The notes beneath the pieces are model-generated. The model saw only the letters and a list, made by a program, of their open reading frames with translations, searched no databases and was not told where the DNA came from. From Podospora anserina (lineage: Eukaryota): DNA of 64,000 nucleotides. The position numbers were made by a program, and so were the translations under genes. The stretch lies in the NCBI GenBank assembly GCA_017654855.1, contig CM030332.1, forward strand, positions 806,001 to 870,000, read 5' to 3'. Each line of letters starts with the position of its first letter. Position 1 is the stretch's first letter. Of this stretch, positions 1-12,806 are shown one piece after another.

Positions 1-1
1 T

Positions 2-3000
2 GAGAGGGTGCGGCTGGACTGGATGATTCTGTTCGACCTCAGGATGTGGAAGAAGGTTCGGAATGACCTGCGATCCTTGTACATCTCGACTGTGGTCACA
101 ATTCCCGAGTTTAAGCGCATCCTGGGTCTCCGGTTCGCCGGACTCTACACCACGCTTGCGCAGTTGTATCTCATCGGCGACCGCGAGCCGGACCATTCCA
201 TCATCAACATATCCTTACAAATGCTGACCACCCCATCCATCACGGCCGAGGTCGTGGAGCGTGGCAACTTCTTGACAAACTTGATGGCCATCTTATACAC
301 CTTCCTGACGACTCGGCAAGTCGGGCACCCCTGGGATGTGGACTCCAGCGCTGTCTTGGCCTTCGACACTGGTTCCGTCACCAACCGCAGAATGTATCAT
401 TTCTTCCTTGATCTCAAGTATCTCTTTGGCTCCCCCAACGTCCAAGAGCGCCTTCGGACAGAGGAGCGGTACATGATGCAGTTCTTGGACCTCGTCAAAC
501 TGCACCAAGGCATCTGTCCTAACGTCAGGGCGGTGGGTGAGCACGTCGAATACGAGACGGACAGCTGGATCAGCGCTTCGCTGGTCACTCGTGAAATCAA
601 CAGGCTATGCCGGCAGTTTGCCGAGTCTTTCCGGAATGTCAGTGAGCAGGAGTTTGTCCACGTGGAGAAAGCTATTCGCCTCGCGGCCAAGTCGGTCATT
701 GTCAACTCCATTGGAGCTGAACGCAGCCGGTTCAGCGGATCGGAGATCAAGGATGAAATTCGGTTCAAGACACTCAGCGACTTTGAGTTTGACCCGACAC
801 ATAACGAGATTGAGGTGGTCAAGTTTGTTGTTGAGGAGCAGCCGATAAGTTTCCACCATGCGCTTCACTACACTCTGTCTTGGTTGATCGAATGTGGCAA
901 GGCTATGCCGGTGGAACAGCTCAGGGCACTCTTGACTTTCACCACGCAGGAGCTTACTATGAAGCCTCGCTCCATGGGCAAGAAGGTGTGGCCAAAGCGA
1001 GAGTTTACTCCCGAGGACTACCTCATGGCTGCCTTTGACTACCCGCTACGAGTGTGCGCGTGGCTTGCTCAGATGAAGGCGGGCATGTGGGTCAGGAACG
1101 GGTTGAGCTTGCGTCACCAAGCTGGAACATACCGCGGTGTTGGTCAGAGAGATGTGTCCCACCACCGCGATATCTTCTTGTTGCAGACGGCCTTGGTGGT
1201 TTGTGATCCCAGCCGCGTGCTGGCGTCTATCATCGATCGGTTCGGCATGGAGAAGTGGGTCAAGGGCATCTTTGAACAAAAGACCAAGAGTCAAGACGAT
1301 GGTCAGCATCTGGATGTCGTGGAGGACATGATCCATCTTCTCATCGTTCTGCTCAGCGACAAGACGTCTCTGGTCCGCAATGATGAAGAGAAGAACCCTC
1401 AAATCGCTTCCATGCGCAGGGATCTGACTCACGTTCTGTGCTTCAAGCCGCTCTCATTCTCGGATATTTGCGCAAAGCTTCCTGATAAGTTCCAGGAGCA
1501 AGAAGACTTCCACCGGATACTGGATGAGATGGCCACCTTCAAATCTCCCGAGGGGCTGACTGACGTTGGACTCTTTGAACTCAAACCACAGCATGTCGAA
1601 GAGGTTGATCCATACATCGCCCACTACAACAAGAACCAACGAGAGGAGGCGGAGATGGCCTGGCGCAAGTGGATTGCCAAGAAGACTGGCAAGCCCATTG
1701 AAGATGTTGTCTACGAACCCAAGCCTCGCCCTGTCACGTCGGGTGTGTTTGCCGGACTGGGCAAATTCACCAGCACCGGGATGTTTGCGCAGATTGTCTA
1801 TTACTCGCTGCTGTATGCTCTCACATACTCGAAATTAACACCAGGAGTTCCTGCCACTCGAGTGGAATCCTTCTTGCAGGTTCTTCTGCACCTCGTCCTG
1901 ATTGCCATCGCCGAGGACAATGTCACGGATGACGAGCAGGAGCCAGAGCAGCCTTCGTTTATCAGCATTGCCCTGAATCAGCAAGCTCGCCATTTCGTTC
2001 CCGAGGCACCACAGTCAAAGACAATCGTGTCTCTCCTGAACATGATGTCGTCCAAGGAGGAGTACAAGGGATGTCATCTGAAGATCGAGTTGGTGCTCCG
2101 GAGGATGCGCCAAAAGCGCCCACGGGGCTTTGAATTTGCCTGTGACCGTCTCGGTCTGTCGCTGGACCGCATGAACACATCGTCGCCTGCAGCCGCGTCA
2201 GCTGACGAGGAGCGGGAGCGCAAGAAGAAGGCGGCGCTGGACCGACAGCGTCGAGTCATGGCGCAATTTCAGGCTCAGCAGAAGAGCTTCATGGAGAACC
2301 AGCAGGATATTGACTGGGGAGAGGTGGATGAGCTCGAGGAAGATGAGCGTCTTCCGCCGGCTCAGGAGCACCGCAAGTTCTGGAAATACCCAGCAGGAAC
2401 TTGCATCTTGTGCCAGGAAGAGACGGATGACCGGCGGTTGTATGGCACGTTTGCGTATTTCACACAGAGCAACATCCTGAGGCAGACTGATCTCCAGGAT
2501 CCTGACTTTGTGAGGGAGGCTTTCAACACGCCTGACAACCTTGATCGGTCAGTGGAGGATATTCGTCCGTTTGGTGTTGCCGGTGAGAACAGACACAAGG
2601 TTCAAAAGGTGGATCAGCACGGCGAGGTCTTTGAGGCAGAGCGGCAGTGCATTGGGAAGGGGTTCCCACCGAATCTGTCCCGGCCTGGTCCGGTAGCTAT
2701 TGGTTGTGGCCACATTATGCACTATGGCTGTTTCGAGGCCTACTATGATTCCATCATTCGTCGACATAATCAGCAGATTGCACGGCACCCACCTGAAGAC
2801 ACCAACAGGTTGGAATTTGTGTGTCCTTTGTGCAAGGCTCTCGGCAATGCGTTTCTTCCTATTATTTGGAAGGGACAGGAAGAGTCGTATCCTGGTCCGT
2901 TGGTGCCCGAGAAGTCCTTTTCTGATTTCCTTAACGAGCAACTGCACTCGGCGTACTATTCGCTCGGGGCTGCTCGGCCTCCTGATGGTGTCCAAGACGC

Positions 3001-4822
3001 GTTTGCAGCGTACACACAGACGTACATGGTCACCAACCTGGCAGAGAAATCGGCGCAGCTGTTGGACGATGCCTGGGTTCATGTGGGTGCTTCGTCGTTG
3101 CCGACGGCAAGCCCTTATAGCGAGACGTTCAGTATCGTTTCTGCCCCAGAGACCAGTGGTAGTCGAGGTGCCACCCCTGAGGCTCACAGCAGCATGCGAG
3201 AGTTGGTCAACGTCTACCGTCGGCTTAGAGACAGCCTGAAGAAGAACGGTCTTCGCTCGCGCCACCAGGACAATCTTCCCGAGGCCGACAGTGCTGAGCT
3301 CTTTTCTAGTGATGTGCTCGCACGCTCGGTAGGGTTCTCGATTTCTGCCGTGGAAATTCAACAGCGTGGAGTTGAGGCCGAATACGGTCAGACGTTTTTG
3401 GAAAGAATCCCGGAGCAGGTCCTCACTCAGCTGCGTATCCTCAGCGAGACGGTCACCTCGTTTATCGCCGTCGGTGGCTTGAAGGAGAATGGAGAAAACC
3501 GCATCGACACCGAGTATCGTGCCGACAGTGAACGCCAGCACTGCCAACTCTTCATCAGACAGTACACCGACCAAGAAACGGAGCACACACGCACCCCCCT
3601 GGCGGATTATCCCGCGCTCCTCAGACAAGACCTCTTCGTCTTTCTTTGTGAAAGCGTCTTTGGCGTAGCCCACGCGCAGCACTTTGAAATCGCCCACCTC
3701 GTCCGCTTGTGCTACCTGGCCGAGATTGTCAAGGTGACGTACCAAATGGCGCGTAACATGCCCTTTTACCAGTGGTTCCAGCACATCACGCGCAGCAAGC
3801 AGACCATGTCCCCCTCCCTGGCGAGGTTTGTCGAGTTTTGCGACCTCATCTTCCACTTTGACGTCGCGGCCGAGGCGCAAGGAGGTTTGTCCAGGGAAGA
3901 CTTCACCAACGGGGGGTTCTCCCAGGAGGGTTTGGACACCCTGGAGGGCATGTACACGTTTGTCAAGAAGTACGCCTTGACCTTTTTGAGAAAGTGCGTC
4001 CTGCTGCTGCACGTCAAGTTTGGAGTTGATTTCAACTCGAGGGTCTCGCCCCAGCCGGAACTGTCGGAGCTGGAGAGACTGACTGAAATGCTCCGCCTGC
4101 CTAGCTTTGACGAGATGCTCAGCGCTTTTAGTGTTGAAGACGGGCCGGCAAGCGGGTGGCCGGTTCCGGCGACGAAGTACTTGGTTGAGGGGTGGATCAA
4201 GCACAGTGTTGTTGCGCCCAACTCGGAGGACGAGGAAGGGCTGTCGACGGCGGCGCTGGTGAGCCACCCTGGCATTTTTGAGCTGGTGGGCTTGCCAAAG
4301 AATTATGACCTTTTGATCGAGGAGTGCACGCGCAGGAAATGTCCGACAAAGGGGAAGGACATTACGGACCCGACGATTTGTCTGTTTTGCGGGGAGATTT
4401 TTTGCGGGCAGGCGGTGTGCTGTGCGAAGGATGTCAAGGAGGGGAGGAAGAACAGCAAGGTTGGGGGGGCACAGCAGCATATGTGGAGGTTTGTTTTTCT
4501 CTCTTCCAAACATTGTACAATGAGTGAGTGATGCTGACCAAAGGGGGAAATTAGGTGCCAAAAGAATATCGGGCTGTTTATCAATATCCGCAAGTGCTGC
4601 GTCTTGTACCTGTCTAGGAAGTCGGGCAGCTTCAGCCACGCGCCGTATATCGACCGGTATGGCGAGGTGGACTTTGGGCTGAGGTTTGGGCGGCAGCTGT
4701 TTTTGCATCAGAAGAGGTATGATAGCATGCTGAGGGGGTTGTGGTTGGGGCACGGGGTGCCGAGTTATATCGCGAGGAAGCTGGAGGCGGATATCAATAA
4801 TGGGGGGTGGGAGACGATTTAG
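2..4822 (+). CDS. UBR1: E3 ubiquitin ligase of the N-degron pathway (UBR1/UBR2 family), 5' end outside the window
   Basis: Long ORF open from the window start, with the RING-H2 region (TCILCQEE...GCGHIMHYGC...FVCPLCK), the GMWVRNG motif and the C-terminal cysteine-rich domain (CLFCG). Intron 4489-4554 (GTTTGT...GCTGAC...TAG) joins HMWR to CQKNIGLFINIRKC; the last exon has APYIDRYGEVD and ends GGWETI* at 4822. Confidence 0.93.
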
Positions 4823-5121
4823 CGGGCGTAAAACAGATGATGGGGGCACGTGAGCGGCGGGGGGCAAAAAGGAAGGGGAGGTCAGTTTTTGTAACGTACA
4901 CTCTGGACTTTTGGGGGCATAGGGGTACTACTTATGGGCGGGTGAACTTGTTTTATGGCAGAAACACCAAGAGTTGAGAAATGAACGGTTTTTATTTTTG
5001 TATCAGTATAATGTCAAGATGCTTAAAGCATATACTTTTGTCTATTCCGACCGACTCTCATAACCGGTCCTAGATGCCCTGAGACGTTAAAATACATATT
5101 TCCCACCTCGTCCTTCTAAAC

Positions 5122-6501
5122 CTAATCAAAAGGTATCCTCCTCAACTGCCCCCCACCCATCACCCCCCGTTTCCTCATCTCCTCCGCCGCCGCCAGCGAG
5201 CTCGGCACCTTGATTCCGCAGCAATCCCCCCACCCGACCGCCTGCTGATGCACATGCCTCTTGCCCTCTGTATCATCAAAAATCACCAGCTTCCCATTCT
5301 CAATCTCCTCCTCTGTCAACTCAGGCTGCTCCTCAGCCAGCTTCCCCATCTCCTCCGTCGCCGGGATCAACCCCCCAAACAAAAAGTGCTGCATCACCGG
5401 TAACTTGCCCAGCACCTCATTCACAAACATCTTTCTCATCCCGCCCTCAATCTTTGTCCAGGATTTCGCGGCAGAAATGTCATCCAGCATGGGGGAGTGC
5501 CACCTCAACCCTTGGACCGTCTTGGTCGAGTTGACAAAGGCTACTTGGTTGTGGTAGAGGTATTCCGGGCCGAATTGTTCGAGGGACAAAGTCTGGTGGA
5601 TGGATTTGGGGGTGAGGAAGTCGTGGTGGAGGAGCTGGGAGGCGCCAAAGAGGAAGGGGAGGAATTGGTAGTCGTCTAGGCCCCAGACGCCGTGGGAGCC
5701 GGCGGGTTCGAGGTAGTAGGTTAGCTGGACGAGGCGCATGAGCTCGAGGTACTTTGGGAAGACGAGGAGGACCAGGGAGGGAAATGTGGGTTCTGGGAGG
5801 AGGGAGAGGAGGCGGAGGCAGAGGAGGAAGAGGAAGAAGTTGAGCTCGTGGCCGGAGCCGTAGTCTATCCTTGTTGCGTTGCCGAAGGAGTGGTGGAGGT
5901 AGGTGGAGAGTTCGGGGCTGGCGTCGTTGGCGTGTTGGGGTGGGAGGTTGAGGAGGGAGAGGAAGTGAGGGGTGCGGGATTTGACTTTATCGAGAAAGGT
6001 GCGGAAGGTTTTGTTGCCGAAGCGGGAGCCGGTGGTGTCGTCTGGGGGGGTGGAACGGCAGAGCTCTTCGATCTCGGTGAGGATGTCCAGGAGGGCTTGG
6101 ACGGTGGGTGTGACGGTGGAAGCAGAGACAGATGAAATGGGTTTGTCGGCTACGGATTCGGAGAGGTGGAAGATGAAGGAGACCACCAACGTGTAAGTTG
6201 GGGAGGCGAGGAACAGCTTGTGATCTTGGGGAGTGAGGATGCGGCGAGTGGGTGTCTGGAATTTGACAGTTGACAAGTCTGGTAGAGGAGGTAGAGGCGG
6301 GGTTTCCGGCACGGGTTGGAGACTGCCGGCTTCGGGTTGCCGGCGCCGGCGAGCCTCGTCCAGTTTTGGTTTACGGGCCAGGAGGTTAGGGATGCTAGGC
6401 GCCGGATTCGGGCCCGGGCTTGGCTTCCCGGAGGTTGACGTCGACTCCGGCTGGGGTCCGGTTCCAACGGCTGCTCCAGCTGGTGGGGTTGAAGATGACA
6501 T
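5122..6501 (-). CDS. RRD2: PP2A phosphatase activator (PTPA family), Rrd2/Ypa2 type
   Basis: Motifs SRFGNKTFR, SFGNATRIDYGSGHELNF, YYLEPAGSHGVWGLDDYQFLPFLFG and C-terminal CCGIKVPS...RRIPFD. The first ATG is at 6501 (MSSSTPP); the ORF track starts earlier at a non-ATG codon. Confidence 0.88.
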   Translation of the reverse strand: MSSSTPPAGAAVGTGPQPESTSTSGKPSPGPNPAPSIPNLLARKPKLDEARRRRQPEAGSLQPVPETPPLPPLPDLSTVKFQTPTRRILTPQDHKLFLASPTYTLVVSFIFHLSESVADKPISSVSASTVTPTVQALLDILTEIEELCRSTPPDDTTGSRFGNKTFRTFLDKVKSRTPHFLSLLNLPPQHANDASPELSTYLHHSFGNATRIDYGSGHELNFFLFLLCLRLLSLLPEPTFPSLVLLVFPKYLELMRLVQLTYYLEPAGSHGVWGLDDYQFLPFLFGASQLLHHDFLTPKSIHQTLSLEQFGPEYLYHNQVAFVNSTKTVQGLRWHSPMLDDISAAKSWTKIEGGMRKMFVNEVLGKLPVMQHFLFGGLIPATEEMGKLAEEQPELTEEEIENGKLVIFDDTEGKRHVHQQAVGWGDCCGIKVPSSLAAAEEMRKRGVMGGGQLRRIPFD

Positions 6502-6870
6502 GACCTTTGCTGTTTCTGTTTGACACTGCTCCCTAGTTGATAAATGTGGTGCCAGAATTATGAGTGCCAAAATCCTTTCAGTGATATCTGATGAAAGTGA
6601 GTTTCGTAGTTGAACGAGGCAAGGCTCAGATTGACTGATGTGCAGCCGTTGAGGTTGCAAGCCCAATCTTTGACCCCTGCAAGCACTAAAATGCGGGGCA
6701 GTTTTTACTGGGGAAGTGCCGCTCAACCCACGAAATCACTGCGCTGCGAATCCAATCAACGACCGTTTCTCATTGGCAGCCTTGGAAAACTTTCACTACA
6801 AACAGACGAAGGAAACAAGATCACCGCCTGCTATCATCGTAACCTTGTCTAGTTCTTGACCAGACATAAA

Positions 6871-7767
6871 ATGACAGTATCAACAACATCGACAGCCCCG
6901 GCAGCCGCTCTCGGTGTGCTCCCAAGAGCCGACGGGTCTGCAAAATATTCACATGCCGGATACACAGTCACGGCCTCAGTCAACGGACCCATCGAAGCTC
7001 AGCGAAGAGATGAGCATCCCTATGAGGCACACGTTGACGTTATCGTACGACCGGCCGCAGGGGTCGGAGGTGAGGACCCCTCCGCACTCCTACTACCCCT
7101 CCATCATTTTCTCACCATGAACTTTCCTATATAGGCACAAGAGAACGTCACCTCGAGTCCATTCTCCAATCCTCACTCTCACAGATCATTCTCGTCAAGA
7201 ACTTCCCTCGCTCTCTCATCCAGATTGTCCTCCAAGTCGAAGACTCGCCAGAAAACGACTATGTGAACACCAAGCTTGTTCAGGCCAGCCTGGTAAGAAC
7301 GACTTCGTGTTGCTCACGTGCCGGTTCTCTCGACATACTGACCTCTGTGGCAGAACTTTTCCATCATGCCAGCCCTGTTTCAAACAGCTGTTCTCGCGCT
7401 CTTGTCGGCAGGTGTACCCATCAGGGCAACGGCGACGGCGACGGCTGTTGCTATTGTTCCCCAGGATGGTACCAAGAGAAGTGTGGTTGATCCATCACCA
7501 CGAGATGTCGAGATTGCCCAGTCTGTCCATGTGCTGGCTTTTACGTCTCACGATGAGCTGTTGCTTGCTGAGAGTGAAGGAGACTTTACTGTCAAGGAAT
7601 GGGATGATGTCTACGAAACGGCCAAGGACGTATGTTGTCGCCCAGTACCGACCAAGGAAGGGATGGAAATGGTGCTCGACGACGAACACACCAACGGCCC
7701 GGATCTGCGCCACTTCTTGCGGTCTACCATGGAGAACAAGGTGGCATCTGATCTCCATTGGAAGTGA
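6871..7767 (+). CDS. RRP46: Exosome RNase PH-like subunit Rrp46
   Basis: LPRADGSAKY...VTASVNGPIEAQRRDE...VIVRPAAGVG, then TRERHLESILQSSL...FPRSLIQIVLQV, then ALLSAGVP. Introns 7070-7134 and 7293-7353 (GT...AG) restore one continuous frame. Confidence 0.85.
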
Positions 7768-10700
7768 GGCGGCGTTCAGGACATCCAAAGAAGCAACGCG
7801 GCCCGCGGTTCAAGATTCAGCGCTGCATAGAGAGAGAATACTTGTGGGATGGTAGATGATGAGCTCCTCAACCGAGCCGCGCGATCACTCGGCATGCGAA
7901 TATCAGCACAGGTCAGCAGCTTCACGACGTAACGACGGGTTCTGTGTGCGGGATCATGAAGTTGGACGCGGAGAGATGGCATAGGAGGTATGGAAGGAAT
8001 GCATGGCTCACAAGAGACAGCCTGAAGTGTTGCGCGGCTAGGCGACTACAATTCAAAGGTCGGCAGTTAGCCACGGCATCTGGTGTTGGAAAACATCTCC
8101 AAAAAACAATCTACCCCCTTGCTGGGGTTTTGACCATCTTTCGATATCTCTCCCCTTATTCTTTTTTGTGATGGAAGCCTGAGTTGACGTCTCAAACACA
8201 TTGGTGGGTCCACCCGCACGGCCATGTTTGGGATTGCCCGTTAGCGGGCCGGGGCCTTGTTTCAGCACCCCTACCCAGAACCCTGACACCGCCATTCTCA
8301 CCACCACCTGACGGCGGCTTCTGCTTGGGAGGCTCGGGAGGGTCTTGAGAATGGAACGTCAGAACCGGGCGTATGCTGGCTCCTCGGGCTCTTTATTTGG
8401 GGGCTTTCTCACAGTCGCAGCGCGCTGGACGCCTGTAGAGGGGCTTTGCAGGTGGACCACTGGATGACATTGAGACCGAGCTAAACGCCTTGTGTCTCTT
8501 GTCGTTCGCGATTCATGCTCCGTCCGGACGCTCACGGCGCTCCCCAGCCGTAGGTATCCAACAAGAAGACGGCTGGCGGCCCCTGCTTGATGTGCGCTTG
8601 GAGGGTGATGGATGCGTCAAGGCTGTGGGCCAGTAGATGCTGTCAAGACGAGCACGGCGAGCATGTCCCGCTCTTATTCGTTGTCAAAGTTTCCAAACAT
8701 TCCAACAACGCAGGATTCGCACCAGGAGATGGTGGATTGTTATGCGGCTGCTTGGACGCTTCAGCGGACCGTTGCAGAAGGATCTCCAGCACCGGTTGGG
8801 CCGAACCAGAGGTTCCCCAGGGTTACCAGTGACGGGAAGCCGTGCCGTCAGGGGGATGTTTTGCTGCCGCACCACTACTGCGGTAACATTCCCCTGGCTT
8901 CTCGCCTCCTGAACAGCCCAGCATCGCAGAGGCATGATGAGACTCTCACGCTCGAGACCTTCTGGCAGCTACGCTCCGTACTGCCGTGCTATCCGCCTGC
9001 GAGTCTCAAGTGGGTGCTTACGCTTACAGCGCTTCGGCGTATGTGTCAGCCTATGATCTCTCCCTCCGTGGTTCCCATTTTGAATGTAAACATGGACCTG
9101 GCGTTGAATGAGTTTGTGGCACCTCTTGAATTGCACTTTTTGGCTTGACAGCGTCTCTCGAAACTGCAGAAGACAACAGCATCACAGCTACCGCCAGCAA
9201 CAAACGATACGAGTGGTTGGATTGCCCAAAACTTCTCGACCGTGCCTGTGATATGCGCCTTCTCTCGCATTATCGAAGTTCTTTTTGGTGGTGGTGATGG
9301 TAGTGTAAGTGGTACGTACTTTCTCCAACTGAGGCTAACAACGACCCCAGAGTGGCAGAGGTACCTCCTGAAATGTACCAAAACCCCACCAAAACCCCTG
9401 TCATGAAGCTTCAGAAGATCTTCAGCTGCACCCCCGATTCCTCGACGAAGCTCTCGATCTTCCCCCTGCCACGCCATCCCATCTCCCATCCTAGGGCCTG
9501 TCCAAACAGTCAGGGACATATTATAAACCATCGACGAGTTTGTCGTGGGCTTGTTTCCTCTCTCTGGTCTTCAGTCCTCATCTTGATGACCCAACCGTCC
9601 CGTCCCTCTTCGCCCCTTCTCTAGCTCCGTGAGCATCAACACTGAAGCGCTGAGCTCTGCGAGTTCTCTGCAAGCGTCACACTGGTATCTCGTGCATTGA
9701 CTTCGAACTCGGCACACCTACCTGCCCAGCTATTCCCGACTTTCACAAGTTAAAGGTAGATCAGATCAGATCAGACCGGTGACCGTCTGTTGGACTCGAT
9801 CGAAAAGAAGATATCACCCTTTTGAAGAGACCACAGTTCACGTGGACGGCGAATTTACACTTGGATCACCAGTTGGCAGGCCATATCACCACCAATCGCC
9901 TACATTCAACGGGGACACCAACGCCACAAGCACCTTCGAAACCGCCAACCGCGGGCCTCGTCCTAGTTGACCCCGCCGCACCCGCCACCAGCCCCTCCGT
10001 TGAAAAGACTCCCCGCTCTGCACAGCGTCCCGACACCGCAACGCTTCCACGCTTCCAAGACATTTACAGGTCAGATCCGCTGAGGAGACACGGACACTGA
10101 CTGCCGAAAGTGGGGGATTTACAAGACCCTGAAGGTGAGACCCCCTCACAATGCGGTTGAGGACCCTGTTGATCCGGTGGTCAACGAAGAGAAGAAGGTG
10201 GTGTGGTCCTTGTGATGCCCCAGCACAGACAACAGTGCCGCAATGGATTCCCTGGCTGAGGCGTGTTCCAGATGGAGAGACCACCTCGACTTCGGACGAG
10301 GGTCAAAGAAAGAGAAGGGATAACAACAAATGCAACCCATCTGCCCGGACCTGCTGACACACCCTCTCTGCCTCCCACAGGTTACTCGATTGTTGTTGTG
10401 CCTTGTGCCTCTTGTCCGTCCGGCTCATTGATTTGATTGCTCGGACTGAAGCCGAACTGGCCACGCCTGATTGTCAAGCAATTGACAACTGCCCAGACAG
10501 CATCCCACTTTTGACTCCGGTCTCTTGCGTCCTGTGACGTCGAACGACAGTTCCCCCCGGGTTTCTCTCCTGCATAGCTGCATCGGTTGCATCCCCGCTG
10601 CAGCACGGCGTGTTACACTGGGTTTCTGTGAGATCCGGTCTTCGCGCACCGCAGGAAAAGGTTCCGTCGCCGCCAGACGAAAATCCCAAGCTGTTGATCC

Positions 10701-10868
10701 GCGGGGTGCCCGGCGCACATCGTCTCGATTGGTGGTACCAGCACCTGGCTAAAGTGCCCCTACTAGTGCCTACGCTCTAGCACACATCGCAAACCCAAAA
10801 GTCGTTTGCAGGGACTTTGCACAACAGTGGACGGGCCGAAAATAGACGAACCCCACCGCCCAGCGACC

Positions 10869-12806
10869 ATGTCCGGCCCAATTTCTTCGCCTACCGCGAT
10901 TCACCCTGCCCTTAGTCACCCTCACCCCGCTGAGCCTTCTTTTCCTTCGCTGCAGCGGCCGTCGGATGGAGTTAATAAGGGCGAGTCCGCCATCTCCGAC
11001 CGAGCGACGGGGCCCAATATTTCTTTTGGCTTGATGTCGTCCCCCCCAAGCGCCGTCCTCCCCCAGACTCAAGACTCCAACCCTCCCGTCCGACATGCTG
11101 ACCTCGCGAACCCTCCCAAATCCGCTCTGCCTGCTCTAGGCTCCTCGGTGACTACCGATTCCGATCCCCTGCATGGGCAGGGAAACCGCCTCACTTCTCC
11201 CCCAGCACCAGCTCGCGGCCACCGCAAGAACGCACTCTCGATCGAGGCTGTTCCGAGACAGACTATTATGAAAGCATTGGCCTCGGTGGCTCGACACAAC
11301 AGACCTGAGCCCCTTTCACTCACCGGCATGCTTTCCGCTCACACCATGGCCGACAACCGGCCCACTTCTTCTTCCTCCCAGCAGCTTTGCGATGCGCTCA
11401 ACGGACTGGCTGCTCAGCAGAGCGCTCGCAGCACCGCCAGCCAGTACATGACTCCCGCAACCGCCTTCCCTTCGCTACAGTCGCCATGCTTTTACCACAA
11501 CCGCTTCGACGACGCCGTCGACTTTGAGAAGGTTCTCGAGGAGATCAAGAACGACGAGTACATGTCGCATTCTCGCCTGGTGCAAACCGCCACTGGTGTC
11601 CGGGAGGTATCCAAGCAACTGCAGCGTCGGCCCATCAGGCGTGCTGTGCGAAGTGTCATGATTGTTACCAAGGCCCGCGATAACCAGCTGGTCCTCCTCA
11701 CCCGCGAGCTTACCCAGTGGCTGCTTCGGACCCCCAGGTATGGTGCTGATGTGGGAGTAAATGTCTATGTGGACGCCAAACTCCGCCACGCCAAGCGTTT
11801 CGATGCGCCCTCCATTGTTGCAGAGAACGAGAAATTCAACGACATGCTCCGGTACTGGACCCCTGATCTTTGCTGGAGCCAGCCTGAGAAGTTTGATCTT
11901 GTTCTGACCCTTGGTGGTGATGGAACCGTTCTCTTCACATCATGGCTCTTCCAGCGTGTTGTGCCACCCGTTTTGTCCTTCAGCTTGGGCAGTCTGGGTT
12001 TCTTGACGACCTTTGAATTCGAAAAGTACAAGGAGCACCTTAACCGGATTATGGGCGAGGCTGGAATGCGCGTCAACCTACGGATGCGCTTTACCTGCAC
12101 CGTGTATAGGGACAGGGACGGATCCGTTGACATGGAGGAGGGCGAGCAATTCGAGGTGCTCAATGAGCTCGTCATTGACAGAGGGCCGTCACCATATGTT
12201 TCCAACCTGGAGCTGTACGGCGACAATGAGCTTTTGACCGTGGTCCAGGCGGATGGTTGCATCTTCTCCACCCCTACTGGTGAGTCTTTTTCACTTGACA
12301 AAACTTTTTGTTCAGGTTTCTAATCTTTGACAGGATCAACGGCCTATTCGCTCTCAGCAGGCGGCTCTCTCGTTCACCCGGATATCCCCGCCATTCTCCT
12401 GACGCCCATCTGCCCACACACCCTCTCCTTCCGCCCCATGGTTCTGTCGGACACCATGCTTTTGCGGGTTTCCGTCCCCCGTCACAGCCGCGCAACAGCC
12501 TACTGCGCCTTCGACGGCAAGGGCCGTGTGGAACTCAAGCAGGGCGACCATGTTACGATTACGGCTTCGCAGTACCCCTTCCCCACGGTGGTTCGAACAG
12601 ACACCGAGTGGTTCGACAGCGTATCACGAACTCTCAGATGGAACGTCCGCGCCGCCAGCCAGAAGGCTTTCGAGACGGGTGCAACCAAGGACGAAGAAGA
12701 AGAAGACTGCTGGGATATCGACACGGACTCTGCCTGCTACGCTAGTGAGGAGAGCAGCAGTGCGGCGAGCCCTCTAAGGAGGCAAATGAGTTTATTGGGA
12801 TTGTGA
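10869..12806 (+). CDS. ATP-NAD kinase (UTR1/YEF1-like family)
   Basis: Signatures LGGDGTVL, SFSLGSLGFLT, EVLNELVIDRG, QADGCIFSTPT|GSTAYSLSAGG and TPICPHTLSFRP. Intron 12280-12333. First ATG at 10869 in context GACCATGT. Confidence 0.92.

Noticed and set aside
2549..4867. 772-aa antisense ORF over UBR1; similar antisense ORFs over UAP1 (32409-33629) and UTP4
   Set aside because: Shadow frames produced by codon bias of the real gene; no recognisable domain and mostly non-ATG starts.
8358..8375. CAGAACCGGGCGTA resembling an RNase P RNA conserved region
   Set aside because: A single short partial match, with no other RNase P/MRP conserved regions found nearby.
8612..9148. 178-aa plus-strand ORF upstream of the NAD kinase
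   Set aside because: No motif or coding-like composition that I can recognise.
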